Notes under the pieces: generated by a model
Database searches by the model: none
What the model was told of the DNA's origin: nothing
The model's input: the letters and a program-made list of their open reading frames with translations, nothing else
NCBI GenBank assembly: GCA_036494375.1
Contig: DASXOI010000301.1
Location: forward strand, 1-36,445
Direction: 5' to 3'
DNA from: Candidatus Udaeobacter sp.
Lineage (GTDB): Bacteria > Verrucomicrobiota > Verrucomicrobiia > Chthoniobacterales > UBA10450
DNA: 36,445 bases
Position numbers and translations under genes: made by a program
Part shown: positions 25,741 to 34,560 of the stretch, piece after piece
Layout: each line of letters begins with the position of its first letter
Numbering within the stretch: position 1 is the stretch's first letter

Positions 25741-28078
25741 AGCAACTGCCACGCGCACCGATTCTCCGCGCAAGAATTTCCGGCGCCGTGATGCATTGCC
25801 AGATCTGTCGCGATTTCTGACCACCGAACAGCACCGGATTCATCTTGTTGGCGTTGCAGGAAGCGGTATGAGCGGTCTTGCCGGTCTTCTCATCGAGCTC
25901 GGACACACAGTCAGCGGCTCGGATAAGGTTACAACGACAGAGACCGAGCGCCTCCAACGGCTCGGTCTGCGCTTCCATGAACAGCACCTCGCTGAGCACG
26001 CGGACGCTGCAGAACTCATTGTTTTTTCTTCCGCGATTAAGGACGACAATCCAATTCTCCTAACCGCGCGTACTTCCGGAAAACCGTTCTTCCGTCGCGC
26101 GGAAGCCGTCGCTGCGATCATGCGAGCTAAGCGCGGCATTGTGATTGCCGGAATGCATGGCAAAACGACCACTTCCGCAATGACGGCACATGTGCTTCGC
26201 GAAGGGGGACTGCATCCGTCACATTACGTGGGCGCTGAAATTCCGATTCTCGGAACGAACGCGTATTGGAACCAGCGCGGCGAATATTTCGTTGCCGAAG
26301 GCGACGAGAGCGACGGCACATTGCGCTGCTTTCATCCCGAGCACGCGCTCATCCTAAACATCGAGGAAGAACACCTGGATTTCTATCCCGATCTCGCCGC
26401 AATCGAAAAAGTGTTTGCGCAACTGATTAATCAAACCAGCGGAAGCGTTCTCTACAACATTGACGATCCGAACACCGCGCGATTGTGCGGCAAGCGCAAA
26501 CGCGCAGTCTCCTACGGATTTTCCGAGCAGGCGGATTACCGTGGAGTCGACGTCGAGCTGCGAAATTTTGGTTCATCCTTCTTAGTTTCTCGTTGCGGCG
26601 AGAAACTCGGGCAGGCGACCCTCAATGTTCCCGGAGAACACAACGTGCATAATGCGCTCGGAGTAATCGCGCTGGCCTCCGAGCTTTCCATTCCGTTCGA
26701 CAAGATCGCGGCATCGCTTCGGAAATTCGAGCACGCCCGCCGCCGGTTCGAAATCAAATACGCGAGCGACAGATTTCTGCTCGTCGACGATTACGCACAT
26801 CATCCGACTGAAATTCGCGCCACAGTTCGCACAGCGAAATCGATAGGACGTCGACGTCTGGTCACAATATTTCAGCCGCACCGTTTCTCGCGGACGAAAG
26901 CGCTGTGCCGCGAATTTGGCAGCGCCTTCGAGAATGCCGACCGGGTTGTGATCACAGATGTATATCCTGCCAGTGAGCCCCCGCTTCCTGGAATCACAGG
27001 GCAGATTATTATCGATGAAATCGAGCGGCAGGGGCAGCGCGGGGTCACCTATCAGCCACATCTCCAATCGGTGCATCGTGACGTGGGAAACATGCTGGAG
27101 GCTGGCGATCTTGTTTTAAGTCTCGGCGCCGGAAACATCCACGAACAACTGGAAATCCTCGCCGCTGACCTCGTGATCGCCGAAAAACTAAAGGCGATTG
27201 TGGGCGAAGAGGGTGACGTCCGCCTTTACGAGCCGCTGTCGAACCATACGACGTTGCGCGTTGGCGGTCCCGCACAGTTTTGGGTCGAACCGCGCACCGA
27301 ACAGACCTTCGCGGAACTGATTCGCTTTTGTCATGATGAACATCTGCCGCTGTTCGTGATGGGGCGAGGTTCGAATCTTCTCGTTCGCGACGGCGGCATC
27401 CGCGGAGTAGTCGTTCATCCGCACGGCGGCGATTTCGAGAAAATCGAGGTCAATGGGTGCGAGATCACGGCAGGAGCAGGCGTAAAGTTGAGACAGGTTG
27501 CTTACGCCGCGCGTGCGGCAAATCTCGGCGGACTCGAATGGATGGAGGGAATTCCCGGGACAGTCGGCGGAGGATTGCGCATGAACGCCGGCGCGATGGG
27601 CGCGCAAACTTTCGAGAACGTAACGCGCATTCGTTATCTGGATGCCGAGGGAAACTCGCACGTGAAGAATCGCAATGAGTTGGAAGTTTTTTATCGCCGG
27701 TTCCCCTTGCTGGAAAAAAACTTTGCAGTTTCTGCAACGTTCTGCGGACAACCAGCCGAGCGTGCAGAAATCGATACACGTTTGCGCGAATCGCAGGAGA
27801 AACGGCGCACGACACAGCCGGTCGCCAAAAGCGCAGGTTGCATTTTCAAAAATCCCGCGACTATCCCAGCCGGAAAATTAGTGGACGAACTAGGGCTGAA
27901 GAACTCGCGCGTCGGAAATGCACGCGTATCTCGGGTACACGGCAACTTTATCGTGAACGATGGAGACGCTACGGCATCCGAAGTTCTTGAGTTGATTGAT
28001 GACATCAAGAGCGTCGCGAGGAAAAAGCGGGGAATCGAGTTGCAGACCGAAGTGGAAATTGTGGGAGAACCGGAATGA
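25724..28078 (+). CDS. murC/murB: Fused UDP-N-acetylmuramate--L-alanine ligase (MurC, N-terminal) and UDP-N-acetylenolpyruvoylglucosamine reductase (MurB, C-terminal)
   Basis: One uninterrupted frame. MurC blocks: VGVAGSGMSGLAGLL, GMHGKTTTSAM, DDYAHHPTEI. From about 27200 there are MurB blocks: NHTTLRVGGPAQFW, FVMGRGSNLLVRDGG, KSAGCIFKNP. I chose ATG 25724 as the start. The 25586 start in the ORF track would lie entirely inside murG. Confidence 0.9.
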   Translation: MKLTPEATATRTDSPRKNFRRRDALPDLSRFLTTEQHRIHLVGVAGSGMSGLAGLLIELGHTVSGSDKVTTTETERLQRLGLRFHEQHLAEHADAAELIVFSSAIKDDNPILLTARTSGKPFFRRAEAVAAIMRAKRGIVIAGMHGKTTTSAMTAHVLREGGLHPSHYVGAEIPILGTNAYWNQRGEYFVAEGDESDGTLRCFHPEHALILNIEEEHLDFYPDLAAIEKVFAQLINQTSGSVLYNIDDPNTARLCGKRKRAVSYGFSEQADYRGVDVELRNFGSSFLVSRCGEKLGQATLNVPGEHNVHNALGVIALASELSIPFDKIAASLRKFEHARRRFEIKYASDRFLLVDDYAHHPTEIRATVRTAKSIGRRRLVTIFQPHRFSRTKALCREFGSAFENADRVVITDVYPASEPPLPGITGQIIIDEIERQGQRGVTYQPHLQSVHRDVGNMLEAGDLVLSLGAGNIHEQLEILAADLVIAEKLKAIVGEEGDVRLYEPLSNHTTLRVGGPAQFWVEPRTEQTFAELIRFCHDEHLPLFVMGRGSNLLVRDGGIRGVVVHPHGGDFEKIEVNGCEITAGAGVKLRQVAYAARAANLGGLEWMEGIPGTVGGGLRMNAGAMGAQTFENVTRIRYLDAEGNSHVKNRNELEVFYRRFPLLEKNFAVSATFCGQPAERAEIDTRLRESQEKRRTTQPVAKSAGCIFKNPATIPAGKLVDELGLKNSRVGNARVSRVHGNFIVNDGDATASEVLELIDDIKSVARKKRGIELQTEVEIVGEPE

Positions 28079-28090
28079 CAAAATTTCACC

Positions 28091-28193
28091 GTCATTCTGA
28101 GCGCAGTGAAGCGAAGCGGAACGAAGTCGAAGAATCCCGTGGAATTAGCTTAACGCTTGCGCCCCGGGATCCCTCGACTTCGCTCGGGATGAC
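28091..28193. repeat. Palindromic REP/MITE-like repeat, family A copy 2
   Basis: The left arm GTCATTCTGAGCG..GAAGTCGAAGAATCCCG (28091-28139) pairs with the right arm CGGGATCCCTCGACTTCGCTCGGGATGAC (28165-28193). The last base of the element is immediately followed by the ddl ATG. Confidence 0.8.
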
Positions 28194-29150
28194 ATGAAAA
28201 CATTACCAAAGAAAATTGCTGTGCTCATGGGAGGCCCAGGATCGGAACGAGAGGTTTCGCTTGCGACCGGGCGAGGTGTGGCGAAAGCGCTGCGGTCGTT
28301 AGGCGCCGAAGTGGTGGAAATAGATGTACGCGACGAAAACTTCCAACTGCCGAATGACGTCGATCTGGCCTTCAATACAATCCACGGAACCTTTGGCGAA
28401 GATGGCCACCTTCAGAAAATTCTTGAGAGCCGCGGCATCGCTTATACCGGCGAAGGTGTCGTTGCCAGTGAGACCGCCTTCGACAAGATCCGCACCAAAG
28501 AAAAATTTCAGGAACATGACGTTACGACACCGCCATGGGAAGTGATCCACGCCGGAGAGCGTCCTACGATTCCATTGCCGATTGTCGTCAAGGCGCCACG
28601 ACAAGGCTCAACCGTGGGCGTTGTCATTGTGAAGAACGAACGCGACATCGAATCCGCTATCGCCGAAGCAACTAAATATGGTCGCGAATTATTAATAGAA
28701 AAATTTGTATCTGGCCGGGAACTGACGATAGGCATCCTCGATGACCGGGTTCTGCCCATCCTCGAAATAATTCCCAAGGGCGGATTTTACGATTTCAATA
28801 ACAAGTACCCGTTTCTCAACCCGCAAGGCGGCGGCGGAGCAGAGCACGTTTGTCCGGCAAACATCGACGCGGGAAAAACAAAAGAAATTCAGGAACTGGC
28901 GCTCCGTGCGTTTCGCTCAGCGGGACTGCAGGTGTACGCGCGTGTGGACGCAATTCTAGCCGAAGACGGACGGCCGTACATTTTGGAGATCAACACCATT
29001 CCCGGCATGACCGAGGCTAGCCTACTGCCGGAGGCGGCTGCAGCAGCGGGTATTAGTTACCCTGATCTTTGCGCCCGGATCATTGCGCTTTCCCGCATTC
29101 GCGAAAGCCATAGCGAGAACGCGCGGTTCAGAACAAAAGACACACGATGA
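28194..29150 (+). CDS. ddl: D-alanine--D-alanine ligase
   Basis: IAVLMGGPGSEREVSLATG N-terminus, ATP-grasp core, EINTIPGMTEASL. 318 aa. Confidence 0.92.
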   Translation: MKTLPKKIAVLMGGPGSEREVSLATGRGVAKALRSLGAEVVEIDVRDENFQLPNDVDLAFNTIHGTFGEDGHLQKILESRGIAYTGEGVVASETAFDKIRTKEKFQEHDVTTPPWEVIHAGERPTIPLPIVVKAPRQGSTVGVVIVKNERDIESAIAEATKYGRELLIEKFVSGRELTIGILDDRVLPILEIIPKGGFYDFNNKYPFLNPQGGGGAEHVCPANIDAGKTKEIQELALRAFRSAGLQVYARVDAILAEDGRPYILEINTIPGMTEASLLPEAAAAAGISYPDLCARIIALSRIRESHSENARFRTKDTR

Positions 29151-30262
29151 GTTTTCGCCAAAAAACATCCCGAACGCGCAATCGGCGATTGTCCAATGGC
29201 CGGCAACGTCGGCAGCAACACCTGCTTGATGTGAAGGTCCGTTCGCGCAGAGCGACCCAGCACAGGATTCGCAACGCGATGGGAGTGCTGTGGAGGTTGG
29301 CTTTCTTCGTGATTTTGTGCGTAGCCGGCTACGCAGGTGCGCGCGAAGCTGTAAAACGTCTCGTCTTCGAAAATCCAGATTACCACGTTCAAACAATTGA
29401 ATTGCAGACCGACGGCACGCTCCAACGCGACCAGGTGCTAAAGGCAGCCGATCTGCACGAGGGCGCAAATATCTTCAGCGTGAATCTGGCGCGCGTGCGC
29501 GATCGCATACAGCAGCTTCCACAAGCCGACGACGTTGAGGTCATGCGAAAATTACCCAAGGAAATCGACATACGCATTGTAGAACGAAAACCCGTCGCGT
29601 GGATCACCAGCGAAAGAGAAATTAACGATCCATTTGCGTCGGACGCTGCCTTTTTAGTGGGCGCCCGGGGTGTTTTAATGAAACAAAAAAAGTTGTTGCC
29701 GGAATATCTGGGACTGCCGCTGATCCTAGGATGCTCGAGTGAAACGCTGGAAGCAGGAAAAAGTATCGAATCGCCCGAAGCAAAAACGGCGCTCGAGTTG
29801 CTGCGTCTCACCGAGAGCAACTTTTTACAAATGCGGTTTCAGATTCGCGAAATCGATATTTCGAAAAGCTATTGTCTCCTGGTGACCGACAAAAATCGCA
29901 GTCGCGTCATGTTTCGCTTGAACGATCTCGAAGGGCAACTGCGGCGACTCGAAGTCTTCCTTGATTACTGTGACAGCACCAAACAGGAGTTGGAAACTTT
30001 GAACCTCGTGGCGCAACGCAACATCCCCGTGACGTTCACCAGTCCGGCGGCGGCTGTTATCAACGACACATTGGAGCCCGCCGTGGAGCCGCGAATTATG
30101 AAAGCAATCCCGGTGCACGCGCAGGAAAACCGAGGTCGCCAGGATTCCGGCAAACAAGAAACTGGGTCCTCAGCTCCGAAATCGCGCGCTGCTTCTGCGC
30201 CTCCTCTGAAGGCGATTCGTAACCAACAAAAGAAAGCCGAAATAAAAAATGCGGAACAATAG
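29147..30262 (+). CDS. ftsQ: Cell division protein FtsQ (POTRA domain), with long basic N-terminus and charged C-terminal tail
   Basis: One TM (LWRLAFFVILCVAGYAGA). POTRA-like segment VQTIELQTDGTLQRDQVLKAADLHEGANIFSVNLARVRDRIQQLPQADDVEVMRKLPKEIDIRIVERKPVAWI. Canonical position between ddl and ftsA. Confidence 0.8.
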   Translation: MSFRQKTSRTRNRRLSNGRQRRQQHLLDVKVRSRRATQHRIRNAMGVLWRLAFFVILCVAGYAGAREAVKRLVFENPDYHVQTIELQTDGTLQRDQVLKAADLHEGANIFSVNLARVRDRIQQLPQADDVEVMRKLPKEIDIRIVERKPVAWITSEREINDPFASDAAFLVGARGVLMKQKKLLPEYLGLPLILGCSSETLEAGKSIESPEAKTALELLRLTESNFLQMRFQIREIDISKSYCLLVTDKNRSRVMFRLNDLEGQLRRLEVFLDYCDSTKQELETLNLVAQRNIPVTFTSPAAAVINDTLEPAVEPRIMKAIPVHAQENRGRQDSGKQETGSSAPKSRAASAPPLKAIRNQQKKAEIKNAEQ

Positions 30263-31457
30263 TTTGATGGTTGGTCTCGAGATTGGGACCTCCAAGATTT
30301 GCGTGGTCGTCGGAGAAAGCCGACCTGATGGAACGCTGAAAATCCTGGGCGTAGGCCAGGCGCCATCGCGCGGGGTGCGCAAGGGCGAGATTGTTGATTT
30401 TGAAACGGCAATGAAATGCGTTCACGAAGCAGTTGTCGATGCTGAACAGAAAAGCGACGTGATGATCAAGAGTGTTTACATCGCTATCGCCGGATCACAT
30501 TTGCACAGCTTTAACAATCGCGGATGCGTCATGTTGCCAGAGGACCGCGATGAAATTGAAGAGCAGGACGTGGAGGATGTAAAAATTAACGCGCGCGAAG
30601 TGAGCATCCCTGCGCAAAACGCATTCCTGCATTCGATCATTCAACATTATCAGGTCGACGGACAACAGGGCGTGCTAAACCCCGCCGGCATGTTTGGTCA
30701 AAAACTGGAAGCCGATTTTCACGTCATCCACGGCGTGCGCACGCGGATTCAAAACACTATTCGATGCGTAAAAGAACTGCCGCTCGATGTCGATGACGTC
30801 GTTTTTAGCGGCCTGGCTTCGGCGCAGGTTGTGCTAACCCAGCAGGAAAAGGATCTCGGTGCGCTGGTGATCGATATGGGCGGAGGAACGACTGATTACG
30901 TGTTGTACTCTGAAGGCGCGGTGCGACAAAGCGGTTGTCTCGCTGTGGGCGGCGACCACATCACCAACGATATCTCCATGGGCTTGCGCATCCCGATGGC
31001 GCGCGCGGAGAAATTGAAAATTGAAGAGGGCAGCTGCGTTCTCGGAAATTGTTTCCCGGGTGAAATGATTTTACTGAAGGACGATTCAGGCTTTGCAGGA
31101 AAAGAGATCGAGCGCGAAACGCTGAACACCATCATCAGCCTACGCGTGCGCGAAGCATTTGAATTGCTCAAACGCAGACTCGATGAGGAACCGTATCTCG
31201 GCTATCTGGGCGCCGGTATTTTCATTACCGGCGGCTGCAGTCTTTTGAGCGGAATCGATTATCTGGCGTCGGAGATCTTCGAAACACCGGCCAATCTCAC
31301 GCACGCGCAGGCAGCTTGGGGTGTGACGTCCGCAGTCGAAAATCCGCAGTTTTCCACCGCGATTGGCTTGGTCAAGTTCGCGCAAGTAATGCACACCGAC
31401 CGGCCGGCACGAGGGTTTGGCCGGTTTATTGGAAAAATTTTTACCGGAAAACGATGA
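30249..31457 (+). CDS. ftsA: Cell division protein FtsA (actin-like ATPase)
   Basis: Motifs: VGLEIGTSKICVVVGE, VIDMGGGTTDY, GIFITGGCS. The C-terminal amphipathic tail is GFGRFIGKIFTGKR. 402 aa. Confidence 0.92.
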   Translation: MRNNSLMVGLEIGTSKICVVVGESRPDGTLKILGVGQAPSRGVRKGEIVDFETAMKCVHEAVVDAEQKSDVMIKSVYIAIAGSHLHSFNNRGCVMLPEDRDEIEEQDVEDVKINAREVSIPAQNAFLHSIIQHYQVDGQQGVLNPAGMFGQKLEADFHVIHGVRTRIQNTIRCVKELPLDVDDVVFSGLASAQVVLTQQEKDLGALVIDMGGGTTDYVLYSEGAVRQSGCLAVGGDHITNDISMGLRIPMARAEKLKIEEGSCVLGNCFPGEMILLKDDSGFAGKEIERETLNTIISLRVREAFELLKRRLDEEPYLGYLGAGIFITGGCSLLSGIDYLASEIFETPANLTHAQAAWGVTSAVENPQFSTAIGLVKFAQVMHTDRPARGFGRFIGKIFTGKR

Positions 31458-31492
31458 AGAGAAATTACTCAAACGACAAACCCAACAATGCA

Positions 31493-31580
31493 GTCATCCT
31501 GAGCGAAGCGAAGGATCTCTGGCTTGTTCCTGTTCCCAACATGCGAATCCAGAGATGTTTCGCTTCGCTCAACATGACAC
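31493..31580. repeat. Palindromic REP/MITE-like repeat, family A copy 3 (best-preserved hairpin)
   Basis: The arms GTCATCCTGAGCGAAGCGAAGGATCTCTGG and CCAGAGATGTTTCGCTTCGCTCAACATGAC are reverse complements at 26 of 30 positions, around a loop of about 26 nt. It lies in the ftsA-ftsZ spacer. Confidence 0.85.
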
Positions 31581-31601
31581 TATCGAACTTGGTGATTAAA
31601 C

Positions 31602-33023
31602 ATGATCCAGCTTAACAAAAACTACAGTCTTCCAGAACGTCTGGCGGAATTTATTCCTATCAAAATCGTCAGTGTGGGTGGAGCGGGTTTAAACGCGCTC
31701 GACCGCATCGTCCTTGACGGATTGGAGAGAGCCGACGTGGTCGCCATCAATACCGATGTAAACTCACTGACGAGTTCAGTTGCGACGCGCAAAGTGCAAC
31801 TGGGCCGTAGCGTGTCACGTGGTTTGGGTGCGGGCGGCGACCCAGATGTCGGTTACCAAGCGGCCTTGGAATCGGCCGACGAAATTCGCGAAGCCCTGGC
31901 TGATGCGAGTGTGATTTTCATTTGTACAGGTCTGGGTGGAGGAACAGGGTCAGGGGCGGCGCCGTACATAGCACAAGCAGCCCGTGAAGCCGGAGCGCTG
32001 GTCATTGCTTTTGCGACTCTTCCGTTTGGATTTGAAGGCAAACGGCGCAACGTGCAGGCGCGCGAGGCGCTGGCACGGCTGAGCGAGTTTGCGCACGCGG
32101 TAGTCTGTTTCGACAACGATCGAATGGGCGATCTGAGTCCGCCGCAGGCGGGAATTCATCAAGCTTTCGCAATGGCGGATATCACCATCAGCCAAAGCGT
32201 CCGATCGATTGTAAATGTTATCCAGCAGCCGGGACTCATTCGCATCGGCTTCGATGATTTGCTCGCGGCTTTGAACACACGCAACAGTCGGTGCTTGTTT
32301 GGCTACGGCGAATCCGATTCGGACAATCGCCCACATGAAGCCCTGACGCAGGCGCTGAAAAATCCGTTGATGGATCGTGGACGAATGTTGGCTGACGCAA
32401 CGCACGTGCTCGTGCAGGTAGCAGGCGGCCCCGGCATGACGCTCTCCGAGGTCGAGATCCTCATGCAGGAACTCGGGCGTCACGTCAGCGACCAGACGCA
32501 AATTCTCTTTGGTGCAGCCGTGGACGCGCGACTGGGAGACCGATTGAGCGTCACAATCATCAGCTCTCTCTCGGCAGACGACGAAGCAGATTTGCTGCAA
32601 CCGGCTTCCGCGCCGAGCAATACTTCCGCAGTGTCTCCAGCCGGAGAACGATACGAAGCCGCAGTACAGGAACCTGAAATTCAACCCGAAGAACCGGCTG
32701 TCGAAGTTAAACCTTTGGAGGAAACAATTCCTTTTGAAGAACCTGTCGCAGCTGAAGCGGACACCCCGATCTCCATCGAACCGCCGGTGATGCCGACTCG
32801 TAACGGCGAGCCCGAGCACGCGACGATTACGGAGCAGGAGAAATCGCTCCCGTTGAAGGACGAGAAAGAGCCCGTAGAAAAGTCAGTGACGCCGGCTAAG
32901 CAGGAAGTTCTGCAATTCGAACCCGTGACACGCGGTCGTTTTGAAAAAAGCGAACCAACAATCATCGAAGGCGAAGACCTCGATGTGCCTACTTATCTGC
33001 GGAAACGCATCAAGGTGAAGTGA
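31602..33023 (+). CDS. ftsZ: Cell division GTPase FtsZ (divergent)
   Basis: Tubulin signature GLGGGTGSGAAPYIA, NTD, and FEGKRR. A long acidic/Pro-rich linker precedes the conserved C-terminal peptide EDLDVPTYLRKRIKVK. 473 aa. Confidence 0.9.
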   Translation: MIQLNKNYSLPERLAEFIPIKIVSVGGAGLNALDRIVLDGLERADVVAINTDVNSLTSSVATRKVQLGRSVSRGLGAGGDPDVGYQAALESADEIREALADASVIFICTGLGGGTGSGAAPYIAQAAREAGALVIAFATLPFGFEGKRRNVQAREALARLSEFAHAVVCFDNDRMGDLSPPQAGIHQAFAMADITISQSVRSIVNVIQQPGLIRIGFDDLLAALNTRNSRCLFGYGESDSDNRPHEALTQALKNPLMDRGRMLADATHVLVQVAGGPGMTLSEVEILMQELGRHVSDQTQILFGAAVDARLGDRLSVTIISSLSADDEADLLQPASAPSNTSAVSPAGERYEAAVQEPEIQPEEPAVEVKPLEETIPFEEPVAAEADTPISIEPPVMPTRNGEPEHATITEQEKSLPLKDEKEPVEKSVTPAKQEVLQFEPVTRGRFEKSEPTIIEGEDLDVPTYLRKRIKVK

Positions 33024-33036
33024 CATCGCTGGCGAT

Positions 33037-33126
33037 GTCATCCCGAGCGAGCGAAGCGGAGTCGAGGGATCCCGGGAATTACAGAAGGGTTTCGCCACGG
33101 GATTCCTCGACTGTGCTCGGAATGAC
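33037..33126. repeat. Palindromic REP/MITE-like repeat, family A copy 4; candidate bidirectional terminator hairpin
   Basis: GTCATCCCGAGCGAGCGAAGCGGAGTCGAGGGATCCCGG pairs with CCACGGGATTCCTCGACTGTGCTCGGAATGAC. It occupies 90 of the 110 nt between the convergent stops of ftsZ (33023) and the M20 gene (33134). Confidence 0.75.
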
Positions 33127-33133
33127 TGGATCA

Positions 33134-34477
33134 TCACTTCTTCATCAGCTCGAGCACCGCCGTAATCATTCCGATCATCCCGGTTCGAATCGTCGGCTCG
33201 GGAACGGGTGCGAATTTGCTCGAATGCAGGGTCGGCAATTCCTTTCCCGCCGCTTTGAACTCCGCGATTTTCGCTGCATCGACGGCGCCGAAGTGAAAAT
33301 TGACCGCCGGAATGGAGTAGTCCGGCAGGCTATATTCGGAAAAATCTTCACCGCCCATCACCGGATCGATGATTTCGACATTTTGTTCGCCTAACGACTT
33401 TTTCCAAACAGCAACAAGCCGCTTCGTGAGTTCGGGATTGTTGTACATGGCAGGCGTTGTGAAATCTTTGGACACGGTCACAATCGGAGCCAGGTCCGGC
33501 GGTATTCCAGCGGCTGCCGCGCAGCCTTTTGCAATCCGGTCGATATCTGCAAGCACACGCTCGCGCACCTCAGGTTTGTATGTGCGCACCGTAAGCTGCA
33601 TCTTCACTTCATCGGGAATAATGTTGTGTTTAGTTCCGCCGTGGATGGATCCCACAGTGATCACAACCGGATCGAGCGGATTATTTTGACGGCTTACGAT
33701 CGTCTGCCACGCGTTAATAATTTCCGCCGAGAGCACGATCGGATCCTTCGTCTTGTGTGGATAAGCGCCGTGTCCACCGACGCCCCGGACGGTGACATCG
33801 ACTGAATCGACATTTGCGGACGCATATCCCTCGGTCACGGCAATCTGGCCGGCTTGAACGTCGGCTTTGTCATGAAATCCGAGGGCAAAATCCGGTTTTC
33901 CAAACCGGTCGTAGAGTCCGCCCTTCAGTAACGCGCGTGCGCCAGCACCAATCTCCTCCGCTGGTTGCGCGACGAACACGACCGCGCCATGCCATTGGTC
34001 TTTCAATTTTGCCAGCGCGCGGGCGGTGCCGATGAACGCCGCAATGTGTACGTCATGTCCGCAGGCATGCATCACATGGACATCCTTACCTTCGTCGTTT
34101 TTAGCGACGACCTTGCTGGCGTATGGCAAACCAGTTTCTTCTTCGACTGGCAACGCATCCATGTCCGTGCGTACAAGCACCGTCGGCCCCTCTCCATTCT
34201 TCATTATTCCCACCACTCCGTAAGCCTTGAGCTTGGGGTTTTCGTATTTTCCGAGATGCTCCGTGACCTCACATCCCGCTGCGCGCAACTCTTTCGCGAC
34301 TAACGCTGCTGTTCGCTCCTCCTGTGCAGATAATTCGGGGTGACTGTGAACGTCCTTATAGATCCCAAGCAAAGATGGAAGCTCAGCGTCAGCGACCGAT
34401 TGCGGTGTTTGCTGCGCGAACCCTGAAACGGCGAACACCAACCACAAGCACACCGCGGACAGCATCACAATTTTCAT
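33134..34477 (-). CDS. Secreted M20-family amidohydrolase/peptidase (M20D, hippurate-hydrolase-like)
   Basis: Signal peptide MKIVMLSAVCLWLVFAVSGFAQQ. Metal-binding contexts: VHVMHACGHDVHIA, FVAQPAEEIGAGA, GVGGHGAYPH. 447 aa. Confidence 0.85.
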   Translation of the reverse strand: MKIVMLSAVCLWLVFAVSGFAQQTPQSVADAELPSLLGIYKDVHSHPELSAQEERTAALVAKELRAAGCEVTEHLGKYENPKLKAYGVVGIMKNGEGPTVLVRTDMDALPVEEETGLPYASKVVAKNDEGKDVHVMHACGHDVHIAAFIGTARALAKLKDQWHGAVVFVAQPAEEIGAGARALLKGGLYDRFGKPDFALGFHDKADVQAGQIAVTEGYASANVDSVDVTVRGVGGHGAYPHKTKDPIVLSAEIINAWQTIVSRQNNPLDPVVITVGSIHGGTKHNIIPDEVKMQLTVRTYKPEVRERVLADIDRIAKGCAAAAGIPPDLAPIVTVSKDFTTPAMYNNPELTKRLVAVWKKSLGEQNVEIIDPVMGGEDFSEYSLPDYSIPAVNFHFGAVDAAKIAEFKAAGKELPTLHSSKFAPVPEPTIRTGMIGMITAVLELMKK

Positions 34478-34501
34478 GTCGGATGATGAACGCGATGGAG
34501 C

Positions 34502-34556
34502 TGTAGGGCAACCGCTCCGGTTGCCGGGAAAAGGCAGGCGATGCGCCTGCCCTACA
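34502..34556. repeat. Composite palindromic repeat, family D
   Basis: The outer arms TGTAGGGCA (34502-34510) and TGCCCTACA (34548-34556) enclose two hairpins: GGCAACC-gctcc-GGTTGCC and GGCAGGCG-atg-CGCCTGCC. Confidence 0.7.
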
Positions 34557-34560
34557 ATTT

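Noticed and set aside
31316-31615. Short ORFs across repeat copies: 31316..31615, 31417..31599, 4723..4911, 33020..33394 and 34389..34712.
   Set aside because: Their only distinctive peptides (SHPERSEGSL, RFASLNMT, SSRASEAESRDP and similar) are translations of family A arms. They overlap real genes or lie in spacers, with no other coding signal.
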